DNA of 64,000 nucleotides from Marsupella aquatica (taxonomy: Eukaryota; Plantae; Marchantiophyta): positions 20,526,857 through 20,590,856 of the forward strand of contig OZ316893.1 of the NCBI GenBank assembly GCA_973895155.1. Reading direction: 5' to 3'. Below, one piece after another: positions 25,271 to 37,166 of the stretch (the first letter of the stretch is position 1; the number at the start of each line of letters is the position of its first letter). The notes beneath the pieces were generated by a model. It searched no databases. It was not told the DNA's origin and saw only the letters and a program-made list of their open reading frames with translations. The position numbers and the translations under genes were made by a program.

Positions 25271-28200
25271 GTATTGGTTTAGGTTGCAGACCTAGAATTC
25301 TTACAACGGCTGACCCGGGGAAAAATGGGGAACAGCAATTGAGATGCCCTAGTAGAGACAAGACAAGACTAAAAAACCTTGCAGAAAAAAAGGATCCATG
25401 TTCTTTAATTGCACTCATCCCTGTTCTTTAATTCCACTTTCACTTTCAGTTATTCTCTGTTAGTGTCATACTCTAGAGGTTTCACTGGAGGTAGAAGGTC
25501 AGGGAGAAGCATTTGATTGCACTTTATTAGTTACATAGGTCAAGGAGCATGTGTTACCTGCTAACATTAGCCAAGCAACGGCCCACTACTAAACTAGCTG
25601 AGCATGGGTCAGCAGCCTGGGTCCTGAATGATGGGTAACTTGGTCCACTACTAAATTAGCTGAGCATGGGTTAGTGAGCACGGGTTAAGTGCTACCAATT
25701 TAGCAAATCATGGAACCTTTTCTAAAATCTGTTGTTTATTTTTGTTGCCATTTTGAACCAAGATTGGCTTGGGCAAATACAGATATATGTTAACAGTTGG
25801 ATTTTTGAGTTACTAAATTGGTGAGATGAGTTTATTTTGATGACATGGACTGATGTAAGTCATCTTCTACGTCCCAACAGATCCCCTTATTATACAAAAT
25901 TCTCCATTTAAATTCTTACAGCCACCATCAGCATCTTGGTTTTCCATGGTTGCAAGCCAATTGCGGGCTTGGTCAAAATAAGTTTCCCCTTTAAAAAGGA
26001 AAAGAAACTAGTACAAAGCATGTTCATGTGGCACATAACACATTTGGACATTTGTCTTCACCCAGCAGTTCCCATGTCACCTGGCCATTTCCCTTGTCAC
26101 CCTAGCCAGGGTCGTCTTGCAGGGAACTTTCAATTCACCTTGCCATTTTGCCTATGCTCACCTGGGAGTTTCCCCTCTGACCCTTTTGTTTCTCCCTGCA
26201 CACAAACAGACAGTTTAGAGCCCTCACTTTGCTCGAGGCCAGACATGGATACTAGGAATGGCTTCAATGAGAAGTAAAGCATGACCTATCTGTGATTTAC
26301 CATGATTAAAATTAGAGTGGGCATAGATCGTTCATGTATGCACTATATGATTAAAATTGCCCTTGATGGCAAGTCTTTTTGGCCAAATCATGGCCCCTCT
26401 TTGTCGGTTGGTGGTTCCTTATTGACTCAACAAAATGAAGCAAAGTACTGGGACCTCAAATCTCAAACCTGTATGCAAGGACGGGTAGGATTGCTACTAC
26501 AAATGAAAAGTTTGCAGTCATCCAGGTTTATAAAAACTGGAGTCTCCATTTACAATGGATAATCCTTGTAAAGCTCATGACCCTACAACAGACCCAACAG
26601 TACATGGACCAAGAAATTGGCAAGTAAATGGCACCCAGACGCTACCTGGTTGGTTGCATGTTCCAGAGACTGGCACAATCTGTTGAGACCATCAAGAGTC
26701 AGGACCATGACCTAAGTGAGGGCTTGACAATGAAGCCGTCTCAAACAGCCCAAAGGTGTGCCAAAATCAGTCAGTTTGCCAAAAATTGGCTACCTACCCT
26801 ACAACAATTGTGTAGATATGAAACTTTGACGTTTGTCATAGGGTGTGTGGAGATGGGGGAGGGCAGGGGGGCAGGAAGGGGGGTTTTGTTAACCTTCACA
26901 GCAAGAATACATAGGTAAAGGCTGACTATGAGAGCCTGAGCCCATGGATCCACATAACAGGGGTACTATAGAGGTTGCCTCGTGCCACTTTCTGCATGAT
27001 CCATATAGGCCCTCTCATGGAACCTCCAAAGGCAAGCAAGCTACAGTAATTATCACAAGCCAGGTGCCATTTTCTCACCAACAATGTTTTTGCACAAATT
27101 TTACCTGGAAAATAATATTGCGCTCACTACAAAGAAAAAAAACTGAGATTTTATCATTTTATTCCCGACATCCTTTTCCTTCTAATCTTGTTAGCGTTGT
27201 CCTGTCTAACAAGTTTCCTTAAATGTGGGGAAATTCAACAGCTCACGTGTATAAGTCAGGAATTTTATGATAGAAACTACTTCCCAGGGACAGAGCAAAG
27301 TTGCCATTCATAGTCCTCTGTCAGCCGTGAAACACGGTCAATGCTTTCCACCCTTGTGTTTGTAAAAGCCAGAGGAAATCACAATCATATGTCATTTTAG
27401 GGCAGCTCTCCTGGAGTGGACTGGGAACCCTGTCATTCTCTCCCTTTGTTGCCCTCAAGTTCACCAGTGCAGTTTGAGGGCCCATGGAATAATGCTCTCA
27501 CACTCTTTTCCCAACAAAAGACATGATGGGGGCCCCATCAAAAGCACCCAAGGAGCCACTTTATTTTGAATAGAACCTCCTCTGGCCTCGCAGTACTCCA
27601 AGAATGTGAGAATATTGTAAAAATATAGGGATAAAAAAATCACTAAAAACATTATTTACTTATGTTTTCTGGTATTTATTACCCAAAAAACACTGTGCGT
27701 GCTATGGGAACATTGCAGCCAACATTTTGTAAAGGATGGCCTTGATCACATCTTGGACACCCCAAAAAAGTTGGAAGTGCCCCTTTGTTTCGTAATGCCA
27801 CTGTTTAGAAACGTGTGGACTAATTGACAGCTGCAAATTACGCTGTAGATTGACTCTGTCAATGAGAGGATTCAATATGTCCTTGCTCCCCACCACCATT
27901 TCCTTGTAAATTCTCTATGAAATCTCTGTTATACTTTTTTCATAACTGAAATAAGGATTACAACCAAGAATATAACTTGTTGTTTAAGCTCTTGTCCTAT
28001 TTTACCTCAAGTAACCACTCATCATATGATGTCCTGTCACCAACAGGCCCACCTCATCTGGAATGCCTCTTGTAGCCATTTGTGTGATTAAAGTAGCCCT
28101 GCCATTTCCGTAAAAGAAAATCTAGAGGCAAGCCAACAAGCTTGGGGTTCTCACTTCCGCAGAAATGGCACCACCTGCATTAGAGCATAGGGTCTTTTTC

Positions 28201-29596
28201 TTGGGTCTAAGAGAAGACTTAAGATTTTAAATGTAAACAAACATTGAGCCTTTTAAATCCAATTTTGAAACTTTTAAGAAAAGAAAGTGTTCTTGACACC
28301 AATTTCCCTAGTTCTAAATTATTCTAAAAGTTGCTCTAAAATCAAATAGTGTTCTGAGCACCAAGTTCTAAAAACCAAATTCATGAGTGTCATGCCATGA
28401 AGGTTCCTCCATTTGAATGAGCCTCAACATCCTACAAACCCTGCCACCCCCTATTGACAAGAAATAGCAAAATCCACAGTCTTCGAGCGAGTCATGAAAC
28501 AGTCATGCAGCGCCTCGCTCAATTCAATAGAGAAATGGGTGCAAATGAAGTCCCCTTGCCCACACACCCTCAATAGGTAGTCTCTCCCAGACCTCCTGTG
28601 CTCCCGCCTGTGCTCGGATTGGTTAGTTGTTTAAACCACCACTGGCCATATAAAAGGAGGAGTGTCCAAAACTACTCCCTTTTTTCATTCCTCTCTTTTA
28701 CTGTGAGGTTTTGCTCCTCAATTTTTCCGACAAAAATACCAAAAATAGTGAAATCTGTGGAACCATGTTTGTGTCATGGCTAGTGCCTCTTTAAACATTG
28801 GCTCCACTAGCAATTACTTTTAGCATTGTAACGCTTGGATACATTAGGTTATCTGGTTTTGGACAACAGTTACTAGACCTAACCGACCTCCCAATCACTC
28901 CCAAACCCTTCGTGGCTCTCCGCCGGTCAGGATCCAATCAAAACTGTATCCCCACTATTCGCAATTACTCCGATTAGGGCCCAATAACCCCCGACTTAAA
29001 CTAGACTATCTTAATTAAACAAATCACAGGGAAGACGGGGACTGTCTTGTCGAGTGCCGTTCTCACGAGGGGAGGGGAGGTGAGTCAAGTCTTTCCGTGC
29101 GCTTTTCCCAAAATGACCCAAGAAAAAGGTTGGCTGGCACCACCCATGCCCCCATCCCATGACTTCATCACCAGTCGTGTACTGTAAAGTACAGAAGCAG
29201 CATTCACAGTCGTTCCAAGGGACTGAGAGACGCACTGTGATAACGTACTGCGCTGTCACTGCGGTACTCCGTCCTGCACAGTCCTGAACTGAATGGCGAC
29301 CCGAATTTCCACATTCCGTATTTATTTTTAATTGTTTTAAAAGGCAAGGGCTGACGTTTGGCGGTGACGTCTGAGAGGAGATCGAGACCGTGACTTTCGT
29401 AAATGGCGAATATTAATAATGATCAGTTTTCTGCCCTCGCGGACTATGCAGTAAGAGCAATTAAGGACGAAAGATAATCTCGAGGACAATCAATGTGGAT
29501 TAGCATTGATTACCCCATAAATGCTGCCGCTGCCTGCATGTGCTGTATCTGATTTCAGTTTAAGTACCTGGCGCGAATGTACCTCATCATGAATTG

Positions 29597-29670
29597 AGTA
29601 AGGGCTCAATGGTAGCCGAGATCACTCGGGGAGTTGAATGTCCCAGGTTCAAACCCTACTGTATGAAGAA
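29597..29670 (+). mobile_element. tRNA-derived SINE-like head (Pol III A and B boxes)
   Basis: A-box-like gggctcaatggt (29602) and B box ggttcaaacc (29646); no convincing cloverleaf. Confidence 0.5.
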
Positions 29671-30991
29671 TGCTTTTTAGCATTCACCCCACCCAAAAAG
29701 TGGGGATCATTCATGCTAGTAAAATTCGAAAAAAATGTGAGCGGGGCGGGCAGTAGCGCGGGCAGGTGTACCCAAGGCTCTTAATGAGCTTGGAGATTGT
29801 CTTTCGTGGTGAATGTAAGAGCAGCGGTGGATAGGGATTTTTGAAATGCTTACTAGTGACCTACCTTTTCTCCCCCCACTCCCCCACTCCCTCTCTCAGT
29901 TTCTCGAGCCGTCCACTGTGGTACGGTGTACTCCCGTCCTGAAGCCGTTGTACACGTGTGCGGCCAAGTGGATAGTGCTAATTAAATCATCTCTCATTGG
30001 TCCACTGCACAATCATGCTTGACAAAATCAAGAGCACCTGTCATTCGTGCACTGCACATGTTCCGGAAACGATTTCATTGCGCCGAGTGCAGAACGTACT
30101 GCAGATGTCCGTTTACAGCATGTGATTGTTTTTATAACTTTATCTCATCGCATTTTTGTTTTAAAAAGCACTTGTGAGTTGTGACTGACCGACAAAACGC
30201 ATCTGAATGTCTGTCGATTTGATTGTTTGTTATGATTTGACCGCGCTTTTTAGTGACCAATGAAATGCAATAGCGGAACAAGCCGGGCCCACGAAAGAAA
30301 TAACCGATGGAATTACTTAGTGGGGATCAAACGCATAAATCTTCCTGCAAGTTTCAAAATTGCTTTGTGTAGGGCCCTAATCTATGGTACCCTTGGTCTA
30401 TGCTTCTAAGAGTTATGGCAAGGAGAAGAAAATAACTTACTCAAGTCCGAAATGCATAAAAGTCGCTTAGCCGACCCACAAGTCAATAAAAGAGAGCTTT
30501 AGGGTGGAGACATGACACTGCACGAGAGAGTAAAAACTTAAATCTAATTGTAATGCAGCTGAGAGTAGGAGGGATGGGAATACATGTTGATTTGAATTTA
30601 GATTTCTGGGTTGGTTTAGCATATTCTTTACCTTTTAAGGCCCCAGTGCTACGTAATTCTCTCCTCCCTGCCGGATCTTAGGAGAATAGACCTATGATAC
30701 AGTTGACTGGGGCCTAAAGTGATTTCTAAAACTTGTGGGTCTCTTTAAGCAAGTTTATGAATTTGGGCTGGTATTCTCACTAAGTAAACTTCTCAAATAA
30801 AGACAAGTGCAGGTGGAAACATACACAAACTTTTTACGGAAAAGGGCCAAACAGAGTACAAAACAATAAACAAAAGAGGTCCCAAGTAGGTAAAACCAAA
30901 TGCAAAAGAAGTGAGCAAAAAGAAACCTCTAAAAACCAAGAAATGGGAACTAAAATGACTGCAAATGAACCAAGGTCCTTAACATTCCTAG

Positions 30992-33437
30992 CTAATGGTC
31001 CACATCAAGTGTTGAAACTAAATCGAGCAGTGGGAATGGAATGTCCTCGAGGGGGGCTAGCCGCTGCGGAGGCACACTAGCACCCACTATCAGAGATCGA
31101 CGATGGATGGCCCAAGCTTGAGCACGTTGTAAGGTGACTGAAATGCGTTGGCAAAAGTGCGTGGTCAAAACAGATAGTGGGGGTCCGGTGGGACCCATCC
31201 GACCATGAACATCCCGAGCAGCTTGTCGAAGAAGCCCGTCGAATTGATGGTGGATATGCCCAAATATCTCGAGAGCAAGGGGGATGAAGCTATCAGATGA
31301 AGCTCGGGCAGCATATTTGGCCTCCTTCGTTGTTGCCGCTCGTGACACCGCTGCCTTTGCCATTGTTGCCGCTGTCCCGATGATGTCTTGGCGCAATGGG
31401 TTTGCCACTACTACATCTGCCAAAGTACGTTGACCCTCACGGACCATAGCAAGATCCACTCGTAAACGCTATGATGGAGGACCAGGTAACTCAAGCACCA
31501 CCTCCCGCAACACGCTGACCAAAGAGCTAGAGAGAACCTGAGCAGTCGTATCTCTCACAACATCATGGACAAAAATGGTTTCGCCGCCCAAACTGCACCA
31601 AAGAAGATGGACACCTGTGGCATCATAAGGCTTCCCACAAGTGCAAGAAGGAGGTAAACCAGCAAGAAGTGGGTGGGGCAGCCCCATACAAAGACGCATG
31701 GCTGTCGAGAACTCCGTTGAAGACATCTGCAGATGAGGAATGACTAGATTGGCTTGAAGCCATCCTGCTGTGCCCTTCCTTTTGGAAGAAAGAATCCAAG
31801 CTCGGTCCATGTCAGGTGCCTTGGTGAGGATGCTGGAGAGGGTGAAAGTGTACATACGCCCAGCAAGGTCTGCCTAAAGACGGATGGGGTCCAAGGATAA
31901 AAACTCCTGAAATAAAGGTAACACAGCTCGGACGGGATCTGGTAATGATGAATGCGCTACACGCAAATGAACCTGAAATGGGAGGGAACCCTCCTCTACC
32001 TCCATGAGAGACAAAAGTTAAAAAGGTCGATCCTCAATAAGGAAACCATCTGCCAACAATGAGAAGGCGGCCGCCCACACGCTCAAAAAGGCCAAAGGTG
32101 CAAGGCGCTCAATGGAAGTAAGCCCAAACCCGCCCTAAGAAATAGGAAGACAAAGCTATCGATAAAGCCACTAAGATGAGAGCAATGTACCCGGCCCTAA
32201 AAGAGAGGCCAAAGTCTCTTGAATGGAGACATCAAATGCTCGAAGATGGAGACAAAGATTCTCCATAGGGGGATGCGTCCTAGCCAAATAAGACGCACGA
32301 GGGTGGATGCACCTCAACAACATCCCAAATGTTGCCTGAGAATCTGCTAACCCCGCTTCTAACTTAGGGAGCATAGGAGTAGGGGCTAAGACCGCCTGTA
32401 GAGCATCAGCGATGAAAGATGAGCAAAAGGAGGCGGTACCGACTGGGGAGCCAAGGACTCAAAGACCGTCGGCTGGACGCAAGAACCCAAGGGGAAGCGC
32501 AAGATCAGAGGGTAACCCAGTTGGACTCCAAACATGACTCTTCACAGGCTGAACCCGTAAACCGAGGCCCATAAAATGGGTGGAAAGAGTGGCAATGGCA
32601 AAAGTAACCGCAACAGGGGGACCAATGATGTGAGTGTCATCTGAAAGGGAGGGGAAGATACACTAGGGTGGGCCAGGGCGGCTTTCCATAAAGTTATAAA
32701 ATGGGCAATGGCAAAAAGAGGCCCACTCAATGGGTCACCTTGACGTGTTCCTCCTGCAGAAGAAAGAGTGGTATACAATCCACTAGAGGTGTGATGACTC
32801 TAGAAGAGCGGGGCCTTGAGTCCATAAAAACAACGGACAAAGGGGATAAAGGACTGGATGTCTCGATCCGCCAAAAAATGGCTGCCCAAGAAACCGTATT
32901 GAAAGCGTTAGAGACATCAACCTAGAGGACAACCCAATCAAGGTGGAGGTCCAAGGTAGCACAAATACCCGCAATAACTGTCTCACAACCGCTAGGAACG
33001 CCCACTGCAAACTGATGTGGAGAGAGATGATCCAAAAGTGCAGAGCGATATTGCGATGAAAGTGTACGAGACACAAGACAAAGAAAAACCTCTCCAATAG
33101 CTATGGGCCAAACCCTCGATGAGGACTTAGCCATGGCCAATAAATGAGAAGCACTCAAAAGTTGAGAGACAAGAGGAGGCAAACGACCGGCTACAATACA
33201 TTGGCAGAGGGAGAAGAAAACTGAAAAACCAAACTGAGGATCCTCAAGGGGGAATAAATCACAAAAATGCTTAAAGACATAGCCAAAGGGGCCACTAGCC
33301 GTGCAACGCGAGGAATGGAGGAAGGCATAGGTGAAGTGGTCCCTACTAAACTGAAGATCCTTCTTAGGCTTGAAATCCTCCACGAACAAAGGGAGCTGAT
33401 CATAGGGCTGCAGATGGAGATCCTGAAGGGCCGTCAA
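30992..33437 (-). pseudogene. RT and C-terminal Zn-knuckle/REL endonuclease of the CRE-like element
   Basis: PIAIGE, HQFAVGVPSGCE, DVSNAFN, GTRQGDPLSGPLF, CTCG...HLLWC, HDVVRD, RVDL...LADVVV, TKEAKY, FIPLALEIFG, RISVTLQR. Confidence 0.85.
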
Positions 33438-34508
33438 GGTGTGTCACCTGCTTATCAAACAATTTACACGACAAATACATATTTACTCCTACTAAAATTG
33501 TTTGTTATCGTATGACGGGAACGTGGAGGGACGCTATTAGGATTCTATTGCATGTAGGATGAGTATGTTTATTTTTGCTCTCGGAAATGTAATTTTTGAT
33601 CAAGTCTACCGACTAGCCGCTCTACTTTTGATCAAGTCCCATGGACTACGCCACACACACACTCTTGCTGGTCGCTGGTGGAGTGTTGTCACCACCCCCC
33701 CTACACACATGGTTGACCAATCCATTCAAGTATTCCTTAGACACTTCTTGGGGAAAGAACACAATCGTGAGCCGGAAAAGATAACGCCACACCAAAACCT
33801 GATGAATCAAACCAAATCCATATCTTTTGGCAAAAAGTGGTAACACATTGCAAGGACAACCCGGCCTCCGGCCTGCCGTCTGCCCAACTCCTGCCTCACT
33901 GGGGCAAGCGCTACACCTCTACCTCACTACTCTGGCTCAATTTCCCCTTCTGGCTATGAACTAACTTCCCTAAAACCAACACTAGACTGAGTTCCCCCCC
34001 TCACAACCGGGGGCTGCCCCCTAAATACGGAAAAAACACCAAAGCACCCCTCACGGAGGGGCAACAACGGCGGCAACCCTAGCGGCGCCGCCAAAAACAT
34101 GTAAGAGATAAACTAACCTAAAGCGTGCGGCACACACACACTGTGAAAAACCCTAGCCCACCACGGTACCAATGGTGCCTTCACTGGTACTAACATCCAA
34201 TCCGTAGTGCATAAAAAGCAAGGTCCTACACTAGTCTTCACCGGACTCACTGACTGAACCAGGGCTCCACCCCCTGCAATCCTCACCTCCACCGCTTTCC
34301 CCAGAAGGGGATGCATCACTCCTAACCTGCCGTACCGGGGGAGTTCGGGCGGGAGTCCGACCGGAAGTGCTCCGCCTCCTCAAGGCAGCCAAGGCTTGCC
34401 AAGCCCTCACATAACCCTGGCTAATAGTATCCTTCCATAAGGGAGCCTCTTCATCTCCGTGCAACTGCAAAGGTAAGACCTGGCCGGTAGCCAGAGGAGT
34501 CCCCGGGT

Positions 34509-35603
34509 TTACGGATTGGGGTGGCATCCCTGGCATCGTGACTCCGTGACTCGGTGCCAGAGCCTCCGCTGGTAATGATGAGGGTGATGAAATGTTGGCA
34601 GCGTGACTAGTTGATACGGTGGCACCGTGACCAGCTTGGGTTTCCCGTGATGACTTGCGGGTCTCCCGCAACTGTTTCTCCAACATCTTACTCTTCTCCT
34701 TCTCTTCTTGGCCGCTTCCAACATTCGTCCGTACCGTTGAGTTACTTCTCTTACCACCATCTCAATGGCTTTTGAGATCAAATCTGGGGAGAGGGTAGGG
34801 CTAGAGGGAGATGGGCTCTTCCTCTTCCCCAGCCTCAACGTATCATTCCTCTTGGCCCTGGTCTCAAGGAGTCCAACTTGACCCCGTAATTCCACAACTT
34901 CCTTCTTGAGCCTCTCTACCTCACCAGTGTCCCGCTTGAGCTTGGCCAATTCATCTCTCACAATCCCCACCTCCAACGCCTCCTTAGCCTTAGTAGATAA
35001 GGCTCCTTCCAACTGTAAAACCTGAACATGTGACTCCTTGAGCGACCTCCCTTGCTCTTGAATCACCACCTCCTTTGCCTTGACCACCTCCTTCAAGGCC
35101 TGATTACTTACTTGTAACATTTCCACCTTGGCCTGGGCTTGGTTGATAGCCTCCTTCAATGTTCGGCACAACTTAAGCCCCTCATGCACTCCATCACGAA
35201 AATCACGTAATTCGGCCAAGTACACCTTGGGCACATCGTAATCAAGAGACTCCTCCGGGTTCCCCACAAGTGACTCCAACCACGCCATAATGCTATCCTC
35301 ATCTAGGTCATCTTCCGTAGTAGGTTGGGCTATTGGCTCAGACGGTGGCCCATTCACCAGACTTCCTAATATGGTGGTGGCTATCCTCTGTATTTCCGTG
35401 GTGAAGGGTGGCACCGTTTCCTCTTTAATTCCCGGTGAGGAAAGAAACCCTTCCCGCCTGGCCAATAGGAAAGACCCCATCAAGTACATGCCTCCTCCTA
35501 TCTTCACACTCTTAGGATCCATGGCCAACGACTTCCCCGATCCGTACGTGTGACGTGGATGAGTTTTGATGTCATTTGCAATAGCCAACTGATCTCCACT
35601 CAT
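34509..35603 (-). CDS. C-terminal part of the extra ORF of the TG...CA element (coiled coil, basic tail)
   Basis: 364-aa ORF starts exactly at the gypsy junction; heptad-rich E/K/L region; likely continues by frameshift into 34231-34686. Confidence 0.6.
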   Translation of the reverse strand: MSGDQLAIANDIKTHPRHTYGSGKSLAMDPKSVKIGGGMYLMGSFLLARREGFLSSPGIKEETVPPFTTEIQRIATTILGSLVNGPPSEPIAQPTTEDDLDEDSIMAWLESLVGNPEESLDYDVPKVYLAELRDFRDGVHEGLKLCRTLKEAINQAQAKVEMLQVSNQALKEVVKAKEVVIQEQGRSLKESHVQVLQLEGALSTKAKEALEVGIVRDELAKLKRDTGEVERLKKEVVELRGQVGLLETRAKRNDTLRLGKRKSPSPSSPTLSPDLISKAIEMVVREVTQRYGRMLEAAKKRRRRVRCWRNSCGRPASHHGKPKLVTVPPYQLVTLPTFHHPHHYQRRLWHRVTESRCQGCHPNP

Positions 35604-35606
35604 GGT

Positions 35607-37019
35607 TGTCGTGATAATTCAATTATTCATGATGAAATCATTACCACTAAGTATATTAGTAAGTATATAGGCTAGATTTATATTTTGTTACGGAGTAACT
35701 AAATAATTTGACTATTATGTATGTGCATGCAAGGTAAGCAACTATGCAAACCACAAGTTGCATGCACAAATTGTTTGGATGCATGTACAAATTGTTTTAT
35801 TTGCATGCAATAATCGTTTTATGTGCATGCAAGGTGAGCAAATGTGCAAGCCACAAGGTGCATGCACAAATTGTTTTAGATACATGCAAATTATTTTATT
35901 TGCATGCATTAGTTGTTTTATGTGCATACAAGGTGAGCAAATGTGCAAGCCACAAGGTGCATGCACAAATTGTTTTAGATGCATGCAAATTGTTTTATTT
36001 GCATGCATTAGTTGTTTTATGTGCATGCAAATTGTTTTATTTGCATGCATTAGTTGTTTTATGCACATGCAAGGTGAGCAAATGTGCAAGCCACAAGGTG
36101 CATGCATGCACAAATTATTTTAGGTGCTTGCATTAGTTGTTTTATTTGCATACATTATTTGTTTTGATTGCAATAGTACTAGCATACATTCCTACGTTGG
36201 ATGTGTGCCACTTGGCTTTCATCCAAGCATTTGGGCGTAATCCATGCCCTCTTGGATTCAATATAAATAAAATGGTGAGGGGCACTCTCTCCTCATTCCC
36301 ACATTTTGATAATTTCCGCGTCAAAGCGATCCTCTTTTCTTCTCTCATCTTTTTCTTCTATTCTTTGCCTTATGTACATAGTAGTGGGGCATCCTTTGGC
36401 CCGGATAGCAAAGGAATGAGTGGTAGACTTATAGATGGGACCTTAGGGAACAAGGTCTCTTTGGGAACTTAGGGATGGGGCATCCTTTGGCCCGGATAGC
36501 AAAGGAACAAGAGAGTCATTATGAATCCAGGAGGGAGAGATATCCCTAATCTTCCCCTTCGTAACCCATTTTTGGTTAGAGTCCATCTTTTAGACAAGCC
36601 ATTCATGAGGCAGCATTTAACTTATCACTTTGGAGCTCAATTTGTAGCTGCTGTTATGAGTTCTAATGAGCCAATAGTATACCCAGTAGTGTCTTATCGA
36701 GAAGAGTAGGAGTGCATTATCTTTGTCCTTTATTGAAGTCATGAATCTAAATAGGAGTCCAGATAACATTCCTATCTCATTTTCTCTTGGAGATATTAGG
36801 ATTGTATGTCGTAGAAAAATTAGTTTTCGAGATGTATTGATCCGCAAGTATGGTGAAGTAGGATTTAATAGTATATTAGTTTCACCTGAACCTTTCTTAA
36901 TACCCACCACCCTTCTTACAAGAGTTATCATTTTGGTTTTAGTGTAGAACTTATGGGCATGCAAGGTTGACTTCATAAGAGCCAACATGCTCTTACCAGA
37001 AAACACGGTCACCCGGACA
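35607..37019 (+). repeat. 5' LTR
   Basis: TGTCGTG...CCGGACA; about 14 substitutions versus the 3' LTR counted by eye (~99% identity). Confidence 0.95.
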
Positions 37020-37023
37020 TAAG

Positions 37024-37041
37024 TGGCGACCATACTAGGGA
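37024..37041 (+). other. Primer-binding site, probably tRNA-Arg type
   Basis: tggcgaccatactaggga 4 nt after the LTR; TGGCGACCA is complementary to the 3' end of plant tRNA-Arg(UCG) as recalled, not checked. Confidence 0.65.
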
Positions 37042-37166
37042 CCCGCTGGATTTTGGAGTTAACTTGTGCATGTCTAAGTTTTGGTTGATAGAGAGAGATA
37101 TGATTTTGGAACTATAAGTCCTTAAATTGTGAGTATATCATTAGTCAAGAAGGAAAAATTGCAATC

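Noticed and set aside
29597-29670. Functional tRNA gene
   Set aside because: A and B boxes present but no acceptor or anticodon stem pairing
35742-37033. Cys/His/Met-rich and other ORFs within the LTRs (also 13185-14442 and 43419-44689)
   Set aside because: Translations of the CATGCA repeat array and LTR sequence; no domain motifs
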